Positions 30,186 to 40,043 of a stretch of 58,705 bases of DNA are shown piece after piece. Numbering within the stretch: the stretch's first letter is position 1; every line of letters starts with the position of its first letter. The stretch is taken from positions 1 through 58,705 of the forward strand of contig CAZLLO010000005.1 of the NCBI GenBank assembly GCA_964560525.1. Reading direction: 5' to 3'. The notes beneath the pieces are model-generated. The model made no database searches. It had not been told where the DNA came from and saw only the letters and a list, made by a program, of their open reading frames with translations. Source of the stretch: an uncultured Candidatus Saccharibacteria bacterium. Lineage in GTDB: Bacteria > Patescibacteriota > Dojkabacteria > SC72. A program made the position numbers and the translations under genes.

Positions 30186-31700
30186 TTAATTTTTAAGCAA
30201 TCTTAAAACTTCTTCTGGGAATACTGCATATTCCTGAGCCTTAGGTACAGAGATAGCACCCTCTCGGACAAGGTTTACTAGCGATTTCTCAAGTGAAATC
30301 ATACCTATATCAGAGCTAGTTCTGATAACATTATCTATTTGGTTGGATTTTCCTTCTCTTATGAGATTTCCAACAGCAGAATTCTTTAACATAATCTCAG
30401 ACACAGCTCTTCTACCACCTTTTTCAAGAGGTATAAGTCTTTGAGCCACAACTGCTTCTAAAATATTGGCTAACTGTGCTCTTACTTGTTGTTGTTGGTT
30501 CTCAGGGAACACATCAATAATACGATCAATTGTTTGAGAAGCACTATTCGTGTGTAATGTTGCAAATACCAAATGCCCTGTCTCTGCCAAAGTAATAGTT
30601 GCTGATATAGTTTCATAATCTCTCATTTCACCAACAAGGATTACATCCGGATCTTGACGAAGAGCACTTCTTAAAGCTATCTCCCACGAATGAGTATCAT
30701 CATTCATCTCTCTTTGATCTATCAACGCTTTCTTACCTTCAAATACATACTCGATAGGGTCCTCTATCGTTACAATATGAGCGAATCTTGTTCGGTTTAC
30801 ATCTTCCAAAAGTGCTGCAAGTGTCGTACTTTTACCATGTCCAGTAGGTCCTGTTACTAAAACAAGTCCTTGTTTCAATTTTGTGAATTGATGATAAAGC
30901 TGGGGTAACATAAGTTCTTCAATAGTACGAATCCTCGCAGGAATAAGTCTGAATGCTGCACAAAGATTTTTCATAGAATAGAAAGCGTTCACTCTGAATC
31001 TTGCATTCATAGCACCGCTATATGTATATGCGAAATCTATTTCTCTGTTTACTTCAAGAAGTTCTTTCTTTTCATCGTTCAAAACACCAAAGATTAGCTC
31101 CTCAGCATCTTCAGGATTTAATATTCTTTCTCCAACTTCCTGTAATTCACCATCAATTCTAATAACAGGTGGATATCCAACAGCAATATGTAAGTCAGAT
31201 GCATTTTTGCTCATGGTCAAACTTAATAAGTCTTGTATCTTGTACTTCTGATCGTTTGTACCATTCCCTGAATATATCGGAAGCGGATTGATAGGAGGAA
31301 CATCGGCAGGAGCATCAATTAGATCTCTGATGCTTTCCTCAACTTTGTCTGTAGATATGGGCTTTGCAAGATTATTAGATTTGGGATCTCGATTCATAGC
31401 TTTCGCCTTTTTGAAGTCTGGCATAATCTCATCTAAATTGTTATCTGTTCTTCCAAACGAACTTACAGACATAGCTGAAGATGGAAGAGGAGATGCTGAT
31501 TCTGGCAACGTTGTTGATACACTCAATTCTTTTTCTAAGTTTGGAAGAGGTGTTGGTTGAGATACATAAGTATTGGGTGTAATGGGTTGTGGTGTAACTT
31601 GTGATATGTCATCAGTTGTTGGTGCTGGTGGGGTAGGCACACTAGAAACATTAGTATATCCAAATTTTACATTGTTATCTTGGGCAGTGTTGTCATTCAT
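30186..31700 (-). CDS. pilT: Retraction ATPase PilT with a long low-complexity N-terminal extension
   Basis: ASDLHI, GPTGHGKSTT, TIEDPIE, ALRQDPDVILVGEMRD, ETGHLVFATLH, AVGNLIRE. Confidence 0.93.
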   Translation of the reverse strand: MNDNTAQDNNVKFGYTNVSSVPTPPAPTTDDISQVTPQPITPNTYVSQPTPLPNLEKELSVSTTLPESASPLPSSAMSVSSFGRTDNNLDEIMPDFKKAKAMNRDPKSNNLAKPISTDKVEESIRDLIDAPADVPPINPLPIYSGNGTNDQKYKIQDLLSLTMSKNASDLHIAVGYPPVIRIDGELQEVGERILNPEDAEELIFGVLNDEKKELLEVNREIDFAYTYSGAMNARFRVNAFYSMKNLCAAFRLIPARIRTIEELMLPQLYHQFTKLKQGLVLVTGPTGHGKSTTLAALLEDVNRTRFAHIVTIEDPIEYVFEGKKALIDQREMNDDTHSWEIALRSALRQDPDVILVGEMRDYETISATITLAETGHLVFATLHTNSASQTIDRIIDVFPENQQQQVRAQLANILEAVVAQRLIPLEKGGRRAVSEIMLKNSAVGNLIREGKSNQIDNVIRTSSDIGMISLEKSLVNLVREGAISVPKAQEYAVFPEEVLRLLKN

Positions 31701-31720
31701 AATATAGTTATATCAAAAAT

Positions 31721-33538
31721 TTACTCTTTTGACACTCTAAGGACTTCTTCAATAGTAGTAATACCTTCTAGTGCCTTTAGATAACCATCTTGTGTCATAG
31801 TTAACATTCCTTGCTCCTGGGCTACCTTCTCAATATCTTTGTCTGTTACCGTTTCCATCATCATACGACTAAGCTTATCATTTACATCTAATACTTCAAA
31901 AATACCAATTCTTCCTGCATATCCTGTACCACCACACTTGTCACAACCCTTTCCTCTGTATAGATAAAGAATTGGTTGACCATCTGGGCCTTTTTCTGGG
32001 GCTTTAAAAACAGAAGTTCTTGGGATGAAATTATAATTGGCACTACTATTTCCTGAAGCACCAATTCTTGCCAAATATTGCATTACATCAAAGCCAGGGA
32101 TACTACTCATCGTTTGTTTAATATTTTCAACTACCTCTGGAATTGCAGCGTATGCTTCTACACAATGTTCACATACCTTTCGGGGTAATCTCTGAGCAGC
32201 CACTGTTCTAACAGTAGAAGAAAGAAGGTAGGGTTCAATACCCATATCAAGAAGTCTTGGGATTGCGGCAGCAGCACTATTCGTGTGAAGTGTTGAAAGC
32301 ACTAAGTGTCCAGTAAGAGAAGCTTGTACAGCAAGTTCTGCGGTTTCTTGATCTCGGATTTCTCCAACCATTACGATATCTGGGTCTTGTCTCAATACAG
32401 ATCTTAGACCTGTTGCAAATGTTAAACCTGCATCAGGATTAATCTGAACCTGGGTCACACCAGGAACACGGATTTCTACTGGATTCTCAAGAGAAATAAT
32501 ATTTACTTTTGAATCATTTACTTTCATTAATGAGCATGCCAAAGTTCTAGTTTTACCACTACCAGTAGGACCAGTAACAAGTACAATACCGTTTGTCACT
32601 CCGAGTCCATCCAAAAATATCTTGTATGCATTACCTCTAAGTCCTGTTGATTCTAATGTAACACCAGAGGTATCAGATTCCAGAAGACGCATAACTACTT
32701 TTTCACCATAGATAGTTGGCATAGTAGAAACACGAAGGTCTATCTTCATACCATTTACCTTTATAGGGAATCTACCATCTTGAGGTATTCTTTTTTCGTC
32801 TATTTTTAGGTTAGAAAGAATCTTGACTCTTGAAACTACTGCGGGGTTTAAGTTCTGAGGAAGAGTTAGTCTTTCTGTCATGACACCATTGATTCTGAAC
32901 CTTACTCTAGTTTTCTTTTCCATTGGTTCGATATGGATATCTGAAGCCTTTGAGATAGCTGCATATTGTAAAATTGCATTAACAATTCTAGCGATAGGGG
33001 CACTTGTCAAATCAGAACTGGAAAGAATATTTGGATCTTCATTTATCTCTGTAACTGGCATTTCAACATCTTCCAAGGCCTCAGTAACCTCTGTACTCAT
33101 TGTCTCTCCGACACGTCTATCTAACACATATCCAATACTATCAGTAGTTGTAATGAATACCTGTATCTTTGTACCTGTTGGATATTTTCTTTGTAATGCT
33201 TGTGTAGCCTGTACATCAAAAGGATCCTGCATAGCGATCTTAACCAAATCCTGACCACGTTCAAATGGAACTGCTCGATATTTCTGCAAAGCATCTACAC
33301 TCACTTCCGAAACAATACTTTCTGGTATTTCAAGCTCTTTTAAATTGACATATGGAATACCAAAAATCGCTGCTTTTCCTTGAGCAATCTGCTCTTCAGT
33401 AGCTAAAGACATTTCTCGGATTATGGTTTCCTCACTTTTTTGACTACGGCTTCTTTCAACAAGTACTTTTCTAGCACCTTCTTCGTCTATCAAGCCTTGA
33501 TTTTGGAAATATTTCAAAAGCGAGCTTTTAGTTATCAT
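31721..33538 (-). CDS. pilB: Extension ATPase PilB (GspE family)
   Basis: ASDIHIEP, PQDGRF, GPTGSGKT, LRQDPDIVMVGEIRD, two CxxC motifs, TTIEEVLRV. Confidence 0.95.
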   Translation of the reverse strand: MITKSSLLKYFQNQGLIDEEGARKVLVERSRSQKSEETIIREMSLATEEQIAQGKAAIFGIPYVNLKELEIPESIVSEVSVDALQKYRAVPFERGQDLVKIAMQDPFDVQATQALQRKYPTGTKIQVFITTTDSIGYVLDRRVGETMSTEVTEALEDVEMPVTEINEDPNILSSSDLTSAPIARIVNAILQYAAISKASDIHIEPMEKKTRVRFRINGVMTERLTLPQNLNPAVVSRVKILSNLKIDEKRIPQDGRFPIKVNGMKIDLRVSTMPTIYGEKVVMRLLESDTSGVTLESTGLRGNAYKIFLDGLGVTNGIVLVTGPTGSGKTRTLACSLMKVNDSKVNIISLENPVEIRVPGVTQVQINPDAGLTFATGLRSVLRQDPDIVMVGEIRDQETAELAVQASLTGHLVLSTLHTNSAAAAIPRLLDMGIEPYLLSSTVRTVAAQRLPRKVCEHCVEAYAAIPEVVENIKQTMSSIPGFDVMQYLARIGASGNSSANYNFIPRTSVFKAPEKGPDGQPILYLYRGKGCDKCGGTGYAGRIGIFEVLDVNDKLSRMMMETVTDKDIEKVAQEQGMLTMTQDGYLKALEGITTIEEVLRVSKE

Positions 33539-33656
33539 TGGGCAGCAGTTTGTAATCTAATTACTGTATTCAGTTTATGATAACAGGGCAGAGGAGTCAA
33601 TGAAGTATATATAATGAACTAGCAATGTTTGCAGAATACATTGGAGATATAATTTA

Positions 33657-34088
33657 TTGATGGAATACAAAAAAGATTTTGACAATTGGAATGTTAAGAA
33701 GAAGCATCTTGATAGAAGGTATGTTCGACCTCCATATTTTAAAGAGAGAGAAATTTGGTGGTTATCGATAGGGGTAAACGTAGGATATGAGGAAGATGGT
33801 AAGGATTCAAATTTTGTACGGCCAGTATTAATAATTCGGAAATTTAACAAAAATATTTTCCTTGGAGTACCACTGAGTACAAAAATCAAAAACAATATTT
33901 ACTACATTGAAATAACCCACCAAACCAGAAAAATCTCAGCTATGATTTCACAAATTAAAACGTTTAGTAGCAAACGGATTTTAAACAAAATAGGCGAGCT
34001 TGATAATAACAACTTCAACTATGTTATAGAAAGAATTAGGGAGATAATTATTTTGCCTCTCTCCCGCAAAGGAGAGAGTCGTGGCTAA
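33657..34088 (+). CDS. PemK/MazF-like toxin family protein with no adjacent antitoxin; start may be ATG 33660
   Basis: REIWWLSIGVNVGYEEDGK...RPVLII...GVPLST...SQIKTFSSKR. Confidence 0.7.
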   Translation: MMEYKKDFDNWNVKKKHLDRRYVRPPYFKEREIWWLSIGVNVGYEEDGKDSNFVRPVLIIRKFNKNIFLGVPLSTKIKNNIYYIEITHQTRKISAMISQIKTFSSKRILNKIGELDNNNFNYVIERIREIIILPLSRKGESRG

Positions 34089-34168
34089 TGCCAATTTCAA
34101 TATTAAGTATATCTACATTGGGTTTGTTTGTCAAAACTTTTAATATTTTCAATATGATAGAATAGGCT

Positions 34169-34846
34169 ATGACATATCTACTCATTAGTAAAAATAAAGA
34201 ACAACAGCAAAGTTATCTTAAACTTTGGATTTCAAAATTACTTAACCAACCAATTAGCGATTTACAAGAAACTCCTGATATACACATACTAGATAGAAGA
34301 GAGGAGAATAGTATTGGAATAGAAGATGTTAAAGATTTTGTAAAAAAGATGATGTTTAAACCCTTTGGGAGTGGAAAACAATTAGCCGTTATATACCAAG
34401 CCGAGAAACTAACAACACAGGCTCAAAATTCCTTCCTGAAGACTTTGGAGGAGAGCAGTGATGATACAATATATATACTGTGTGTAGACAATGAAAAAAA
34501 TGTTCTACCTACGATATACTCACGTTCACAGCCCATTTTTGTAAAACAAACAAAGGGAGAAATACAAGATATTCAGAAACCAGAGATTCTTCAAAATGAT
34601 CTGGTTGATCAATTTAACTACATCGAGAAAATATCAAAAGAGAAAGAAGATTGTCTCAAATTACTAAACGAAATTGAGGAGTACTTTCGAGTAGAGCTTG
34701 AAAAGGAAATTAAAAATGATAATATAAATAGCTCTAGGGCTATTTCAGAGTACTTAAAGTACATTCAAGAAACCCGAGACAAAATTAATAGCAATTGTAA
34801 TAAAAAGCTTGTATTAGAGGCATTATTCATATCTCTAAATGCTTAA
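34169..34846 (+). CDS. holB: DNA polymerase III delta-prime-like subunit, shortened
   Basis: SIGIEDVK, AEKLTTQAQNSFLKTLEE, LPTIYSR. Confidence 0.85.
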   Translation: MTYLLISKNKEQQQSYLKLWISKLLNQPISDLQETPDIHILDRREENSIGIEDVKDFVKKMMFKPFGSGKQLAVIYQAEKLTTQAQNSFLKTLEESSDDTIYILCVDNEKNVLPTIYSRSQPIFVKQTKGEIQDIQKPEILQNDLVDQFNYIEKISKEKEDCLKLLNEIEEYFRVELEKEIKNDNINSSRAISEYLKYIQETRDKINSNCNKKLVLEALFISLNA

Positions 34847-34917
34847 CATTTGCGCTGGAAAAAGGTAGAATATAGGATATTCTAGCAAACGAATTTAAAT
34901 TACGAACCTACATAATA

Positions 34918-36828
34918 ATGGCGAAAGTAGATAGCTACAGTGCATCAAATATTCAAGTTTTGAAAGGTCTGGAGGCTGTAAGGAAAAGGCCTGCTATGTA
35001 CATCGGTTCTACCGATAAATTTGGTTTACATCATATATTTACTGAAATTTTAGACAACTCTGTAGATGAAGCAATTGCAGGATACTGTTCGCATATATGG
35101 GTAACCTTTAACAAGGATGGTTCTCTTTCCGTAAGAGATAATGCTAGAGGTATTCCTGTAGAAATTCACCCAGAAACAAAAGTTTCAACATTAGAAACGG
35201 TAATGACTAACCTTCATGCAGGAGGGAAATTTGACACAGGTGCCTACAAAGTATCAGGTGGTTTGCATGGTGTAGGTATGAAATGTACCAATGCACTTTC
35301 CGAATGGATGGAGACAACTGTAAAGAGAGATGGTGGTATCTTTAAGCAAAGATACGAGAGGGGTATTCCAGTTGCACCAGTTGAGAGAATAGGTGATTCT
35401 ACAGAGACAGGAACACAACATACATTTAAACCTGACAAGGAGATATTTGATACTATTGATTTTGATTTTCACACCATAGTTAAGAGCTGTCGGCAACATG
35501 CATATTTAACAGCAGGCCTAAGGATTACCATCACAGATACAAGAGGGGAGAAAGTAAAGAATTATGATGTGTATTTTGAAGATGGTATTAAATCATATGT
35601 CCAGTTCTTAGTTGTGAATGAGAAACCTATTAGCTCCGAGCCTTTCTATATGAATAAGGGAGAGGACGATGTAATGGTAGAAGTTGCGATGCAATACACC
35701 GATAGCTTAGAAGAGGATGTTAGATGCTACACCAATAACATTATAAATCCTGATGGCGGAACCCATCTTGCTGGATTTAGGACAGCACTAACCAGTGCAC
35801 TCAACTCATATGCTCAAAAGTCTGAGCTACTTAAAGGATTAAGTGCTGGGTTAAGCGGAGATGATGTTAGAGAAGGTCTTACAGCTGTAATTTCTGTCAA
35901 AGTTCCAGATCCACAATTTGAAGGACAAACAAAAATTAAGCTTAATAATCCAGAAGTAAAAGGTATTGTTGGGAAAGTAGTAAGAGATGAGCTTTTAACA
36001 TATCTTGATGAACATCCACAAGAAGCAAAATTAATCATTGGAAAAGCAGTACTTTCAAATAAAGCAAAAGCAGCAGCTAAGGCTGCTAGAGATGCAGTTA
36101 TCAGAAAAGGTGCACTAGAATCTACAAACTTACCTGGAAAACTTGCTGATTGTAGTAGTAAAGACCCTGCGGAGAGTGAACTATTCATCGTTGAGGGAAA
36201 CTCAGCAGGTGGTTCTGCAAAACAGGGTAGAGATAGGCATACACAGGCCATTCTTCCTTTAAGAGGTAAGATCTTAAACACACATAAGTACAGAGTTGAT
36301 AGAGTATTAACCAACGAAGAGTTTAATAACATTACTACAGCACTTGGTGTAGGTATAGGAGATAGTCTTGATGTTAAGAAATTGAGATATCACAAAATCA
36401 TAATCATGAGTGATGCTGATGTTGATGGATTGCATATCACCGACTTAGAATTGACTTTGTTATTCAGATTCTTTAGGCCATTAATAGAACAAGGGTATGT
36501 ATATGTAGCTCAACCTCCTTTACACAAGATTGAGATAGGGAAAAAGAAGTACTATCTATTAAATGATGCGGAAAAAGATGCTTTTGTTAAGAAAGCAAAA
36601 GAAGAGGGAAAAACAATTATAGCGAATAGATTCAAAGGTTTAGGAGAAATGAATCCAGAACAGCTATGGGAGACTACCATGAATCCTGCTACTAGAGTAT
36701 TAAAACAAGTACATATTGAAGATGCTGAAGAAGCAGAAAAAACCTTTGAACTTTTAATGGGAAATGACGTTCCTCCTAGAAGAAGATTTATACAGACCTA
36801 TGCTACAAAGGCTAACTTAGATATTTAA
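34918..36828 (+). CDS. gyrB: DNA gyrase subunit B
   Basis: EILDNSVDEA, GGLHGVG, EGNSAGGSAKQGR, PLRGK, DADVDG, RFKGLGEMNP. Confidence 0.97.
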   Translation: MAKVDSYSASNIQVLKGLEAVRKRPAMYIGSTDKFGLHHIFTEILDNSVDEAIAGYCSHIWVTFNKDGSLSVRDNARGIPVEIHPETKVSTLETVMTNLHAGGKFDTGAYKVSGGLHGVGMKCTNALSEWMETTVKRDGGIFKQRYERGIPVAPVERIGDSTETGTQHTFKPDKEIFDTIDFDFHTIVKSCRQHAYLTAGLRITITDTRGEKVKNYDVYFEDGIKSYVQFLVVNEKPISSEPFYMNKGEDDVMVEVAMQYTDSLEEDVRCYTNNIINPDGGTHLAGFRTALTSALNSYAQKSELLKGLSAGLSGDDVREGLTAVISVKVPDPQFEGQTKIKLNNPEVKGIVGKVVRDELLTYLDEHPQEAKLIIGKAVLSNKAKAAAKAARDAVIRKGALESTNLPGKLADCSSKDPAESELFIVEGNSAGGSAKQGRDRHTQAILPLRGKILNTHKYRVDRVLTNEEFNNITTALGVGIGDSLDVKKLRYHKIIIMSDADVDGLHITDLELTLLFRFFRPLIEQGYVYVAQPPLHKIEIGKKKYYLLNDAEKDAFVKKAKEEGKTIIANRFKGLGEMNPEQLWETTMNPATRVLKQVHIEDAEEAEKTFELLMGNDVPPRRRFIQTYATKANLDI

Positions 36829-36845
36829 GATATTAATATAACAAT

Positions 36846-37226
36846 ATGGATCACTTTGAAACCTCTGCTGACTATTTAGAAAGAACATTTATAATTGATA
36901 AGGGTACAATCGAAAGACTTCCCAATAGAACTAACGCTATTTGTGATGCAATATCAAACGCTGAAGCTAAAAATGAAGTTCTCATGAGAGATGTTGTGGG
37001 ATTTGTCCAGAGGAATGCAGAAGCTAAAATCTTTGTAGAAGATTTACAAAAATACTTAGAATTACATGTCTGCGACCAAGGAGGTCTTGTAAGTTCTATT
37101 GGTGTAAGCACAACTGATGATCTAACAACCGAGAAAGTATCTCCTGTAACATATAGAGCACTGCAGGAACAAAGTGTAGACGTAGATGTTGCAAGATCGG
37201 ATACAGAACAATCCCATCAACTTTAA
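36846..37226 (+). CDS. Hypothetical protein between gyrB and gyrA
   Basis: 126-aa co-oriented ORF with gaps of under 20 nt on both sides. Confidence 0.7.
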   Translation: MDHFETSADYLERTFIIDKGTIERLPNRTNAICDAISNAEAKNEVLMRDVVGFVQRNAEAKIFVEDLQKYLELHVCDQGGLVSSIGVSTTDDLTTEKVSPVTYRALQEQSVDVDVARSDTEQSHQL

Positions 37227-37241
37227 ATAATACTAACCATT

Positions 37242-40043
37242 ATGACAGACGAAGAACAAAAAGAAAAAATATTAGAGATTGCAGAAGAGAAACCAGAAGC
37301 AGAGGAAACCCCTCTAGCCGAAGTCGAAGATATTGCAACAGATTCAGATGATAATGGAGATTTAGACTTCAGTCTTTCATTCAAACCAGGAGAAATAGCT
37401 AACAGATCAATAGTAGATGAAATGAAGTCTAACTATATAGACTACTCCATGTCCGTTATTGTCTCTCGTGCATTACCAGAAGTAAAGGATGGTCTTAAAC
37501 CATCTCAACGAAGAATACTTGTGGCAATGAACGACTTGGCATTAACATATAATGCCCACTATAGAAAATGTGCAAAGATCGCAGGTGATACTTCAGGTAA
37601 CTACCATCCTCACGGAGAAGTAGTCATCTATCCTACGTTGGTTAAACTAGCTCAAGATTTCTCCACTAGATATCCATTAATTGATGGACAGGGAAACTTC
37701 GGCTCAATCGATGGAGACATGGCAGCAGCAATGAGATACACAGAAGCAAGGATGGGAAAGATAACTCAGGAATTGATGAAAGATCTTGGTAAGGGTACTG
37801 TCACCTTCATACCAAACTATGATGGTACAAGACTCGAACCAACTGTATTACCAGCAGGATTTCCAAATGTATTAGCCAATGGTGGTGATGGTATTGCAGT
37901 AGGTATGGCAACAAAGATGCCACCTCATAACCTCAAGGAGTTAATCAATGGATTGCAAGCAATGATTAAACTTGGGAATACTTGGGAGGGGAATGCCATA
38001 TACAATGAGTTAAGAAAAAATAAAGAAGCAGGAGAAATAATCCCTAGGACATTGAATTCCAAGCCAGAGGACTATCTTGAAAACTACGTTGATACGAACG
38101 ACCTCGATTACCTGGAGAAGATAAAAGCTCTTAGAACAAAGATAGCAGAGGACAAAAATGTATTGTATCCAGATTTTAAATCTGAGATTTCTCCATTAGA
38201 CTTAATCGAGATAATTCCAGGACCTGATTTCCCAACAGGAGCAACTATCTATGATCAGAAAGAAATCCTAAATGCATATGCAACAGGAAGAGGAAGAGTA
38301 TTACAAAGAGCCAAGGCCTCTATTGTAGAGGGTAAACAAGGACGATTCAATATCATTGTTACCGAAATACCATTCCAGGTAAATAAGGCACATATGATTG
38401 AAAGAATGGCTGATTTAGTAAAGGAAAAGAAACTCGAAGGTATTGCAGATATTAGAGATGAATCAAATAGAGAAGGTTTAAGAGTAGTCATAGTCTTAAA
38501 ACGAGAAGCACAACCAAAAGCAGTATTAAACAAACTCTACAAATATACTGAAATGCAAAAAGTATTCAATATGAATATGATTGCATTAGTAGAACAAGAA
38601 CCAAAAACATTACCTCTAAAGAGGATATTAGAATTATTCTTGTCATTTAGAATGACAGTTACTATTCGTAGATATGAATTTGATCTCGCAGAAGCTAGGT
38701 TCAGAGCACATATATTGGAAGGATTACTCAAGGCTTTGGATATGCTCGATGAAGTTATATCAACCATCCGTGGTTCCAAAACACAGGAGACTGCAAAAAC
38801 CAATTTGATGGATAAATTCAAATTTACAGAAGTACAAGCACAAGCTATCTTGGATATGCAACTAAGGAAATTAGCAGCACTCGAGAGAATGAAATTAGAG
38901 AATGAGCACAAGGAATTACAGGAAAATATTAAAACATACAATGAGATATTGGAGAATCCTGCTAGAATTCTTGAAATCATCAATGCCGATTTGGAAGAGA
39001 TCAAAGAAAAATATGGTGATGATAGAAGAACCAAGGTTATAAAAGGCAAGATAGATGAAATATCTGAAGAGGATATGGTCGCTTCCGAAGATATGTTAGT
39101 AACAATTACACATACAGGATATATTAAGAGATTAACCCCTGATACATACAAAGCACAAAAGCGAGGTGGAAAGGGTGTATCTGGAGGAGATACCAAAGAG
39201 GGTGACTTTATAGAGCATGCATTCCTATGTAACACTCATGATGAACTCTTGTTATTCACTAATAAAGGGAAAGTCTTTAATTTGAGAATATTTGAGATCC
39301 CTGAATATGGAAGAACAGCGAAAGGTTTGCCTCTTGTGAACTTAGTTCAACTTGAACCAGATGAAATTATAACCTCAGTTCTCACTAGGAATCCAAAGGG
39401 TGCTATTAAGGAACAACAAGAGAATGGAGACCAGACACCATACGAGTACTTCCTCATGGTAACAGAGAAGGGTACCATCAAAAAAACAGAGTTAGCAGAA
39501 TTTACTAAGATACGTTCAAATGGTTTAACAGCTATCAAGTTAGCCCAGGGAGATCAACTCTCATGGGTTAAACCAACAACAGGAAAAGATGAGATATTAA
39601 TCATTACAGCTGAGGGCAAATCCGTAAGATTTAAGGAGTCTGATGTAAGACCTATGGGTAGAAATACAATGGGTGTAACAGCTATCAAATTTAAATCTCA
39701 GGCAGACTATGTCGCAGGTATGGGTATTGTCAAAAATGACGAGATGAAAGTTCTTACTCTCTCCGAGAATGGTTTTGGAAAGATGTCTGTACTCAAAGAC
39801 TATCCTACACAAAAGAGAGCAGGAACAGGTGTATTTACATTTAGAGTAACTCCAAAAACAGGTAAGGTTTCTACCGCAAGAATCATTGAAACAAGCCAAG
39901 AGGAAATCGTAGTTATATCAGAGAAATCTAAAGTAATTAGGTCAGAACTAAAGACAGTACCGACACTTGGAAGACAAACCTCTGGTGTAAAAATTATGAA
40001 TATTGGAGATGATGATAGGGTAGCTACAGTAGCATTGCTTTAA
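37242..40043 (+). CDS. gyrA: DNA gyrase subunit A
   Basis: DGLKP, YHPHG, AAMRYTEAR (catalytic Tyr), GyrA-box QKRGGKG, CTD blades. Confidence 0.97.
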   Translation: MTDEEQKEKILEIAEEKPEAEETPLAEVEDIATDSDDNGDLDFSLSFKPGEIANRSIVDEMKSNYIDYSMSVIVSRALPEVKDGLKPSQRRILVAMNDLALTYNAHYRKCAKIAGDTSGNYHPHGEVVIYPTLVKLAQDFSTRYPLIDGQGNFGSIDGDMAAAMRYTEARMGKITQELMKDLGKGTVTFIPNYDGTRLEPTVLPAGFPNVLANGGDGIAVGMATKMPPHNLKELINGLQAMIKLGNTWEGNAIYNELRKNKEAGEIIPRTLNSKPEDYLENYVDTNDLDYLEKIKALRTKIAEDKNVLYPDFKSEISPLDLIEIIPGPDFPTGATIYDQKEILNAYATGRGRVLQRAKASIVEGKQGRFNIIVTEIPFQVNKAHMIERMADLVKEKKLEGIADIRDESNREGLRVVIVLKREAQPKAVLNKLYKYTEMQKVFNMNMIALVEQEPKTLPLKRILELFLSFRMTVTIRRYEFDLAEARFRAHILEGLLKALDMLDEVISTIRGSKTQETAKTNLMDKFKFTEVQAQAILDMQLRKLAALERMKLENEHKELQENIKTYNEILENPARILEIINADLEEIKEKYGDDRRTKVIKGKIDEISEEDMVASEDMLVTITHTGYIKRLTPDTYKAQKRGGKGVSGGDTKEGDFIEHAFLCNTHDELLLFTNKGKVFNLRIFEIPEYGRTAKGLPLVNLVQLEPDEIITSVLTRNPKGAIKEQQENGDQTPYEYFLMVTEKGTIKKTELAEFTKIRSNGLTAIKLAQGDQLSWVKPTTGKDEILIITAEGKSVRFKESDVRPMGRNTMGVTAIKFKSQADYVAGMGIVKNDEMKVLTLSENGFGKMSVLKDYPTQKRAGTGVFTFRVTPKTGKVSTARIIETSQEEIVVISEKSKVIRSELKTVPTLGRQTSGVKIMNIGDDDRVATVALL

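Noticed and set aside
33575-33895. Antisense ORF as a protein antitoxin for the PemK-like gene
   Set aside because: It overlaps the toxin on the opposite strand, has shadow-like composition and shows no AbrB or RHH motif
37971-38183. Intein in GyrA
   Set aside because: No Cys/Ser start or His-Asn end, too short, and not next to the catalytic Tyr where GyrA inteins are known
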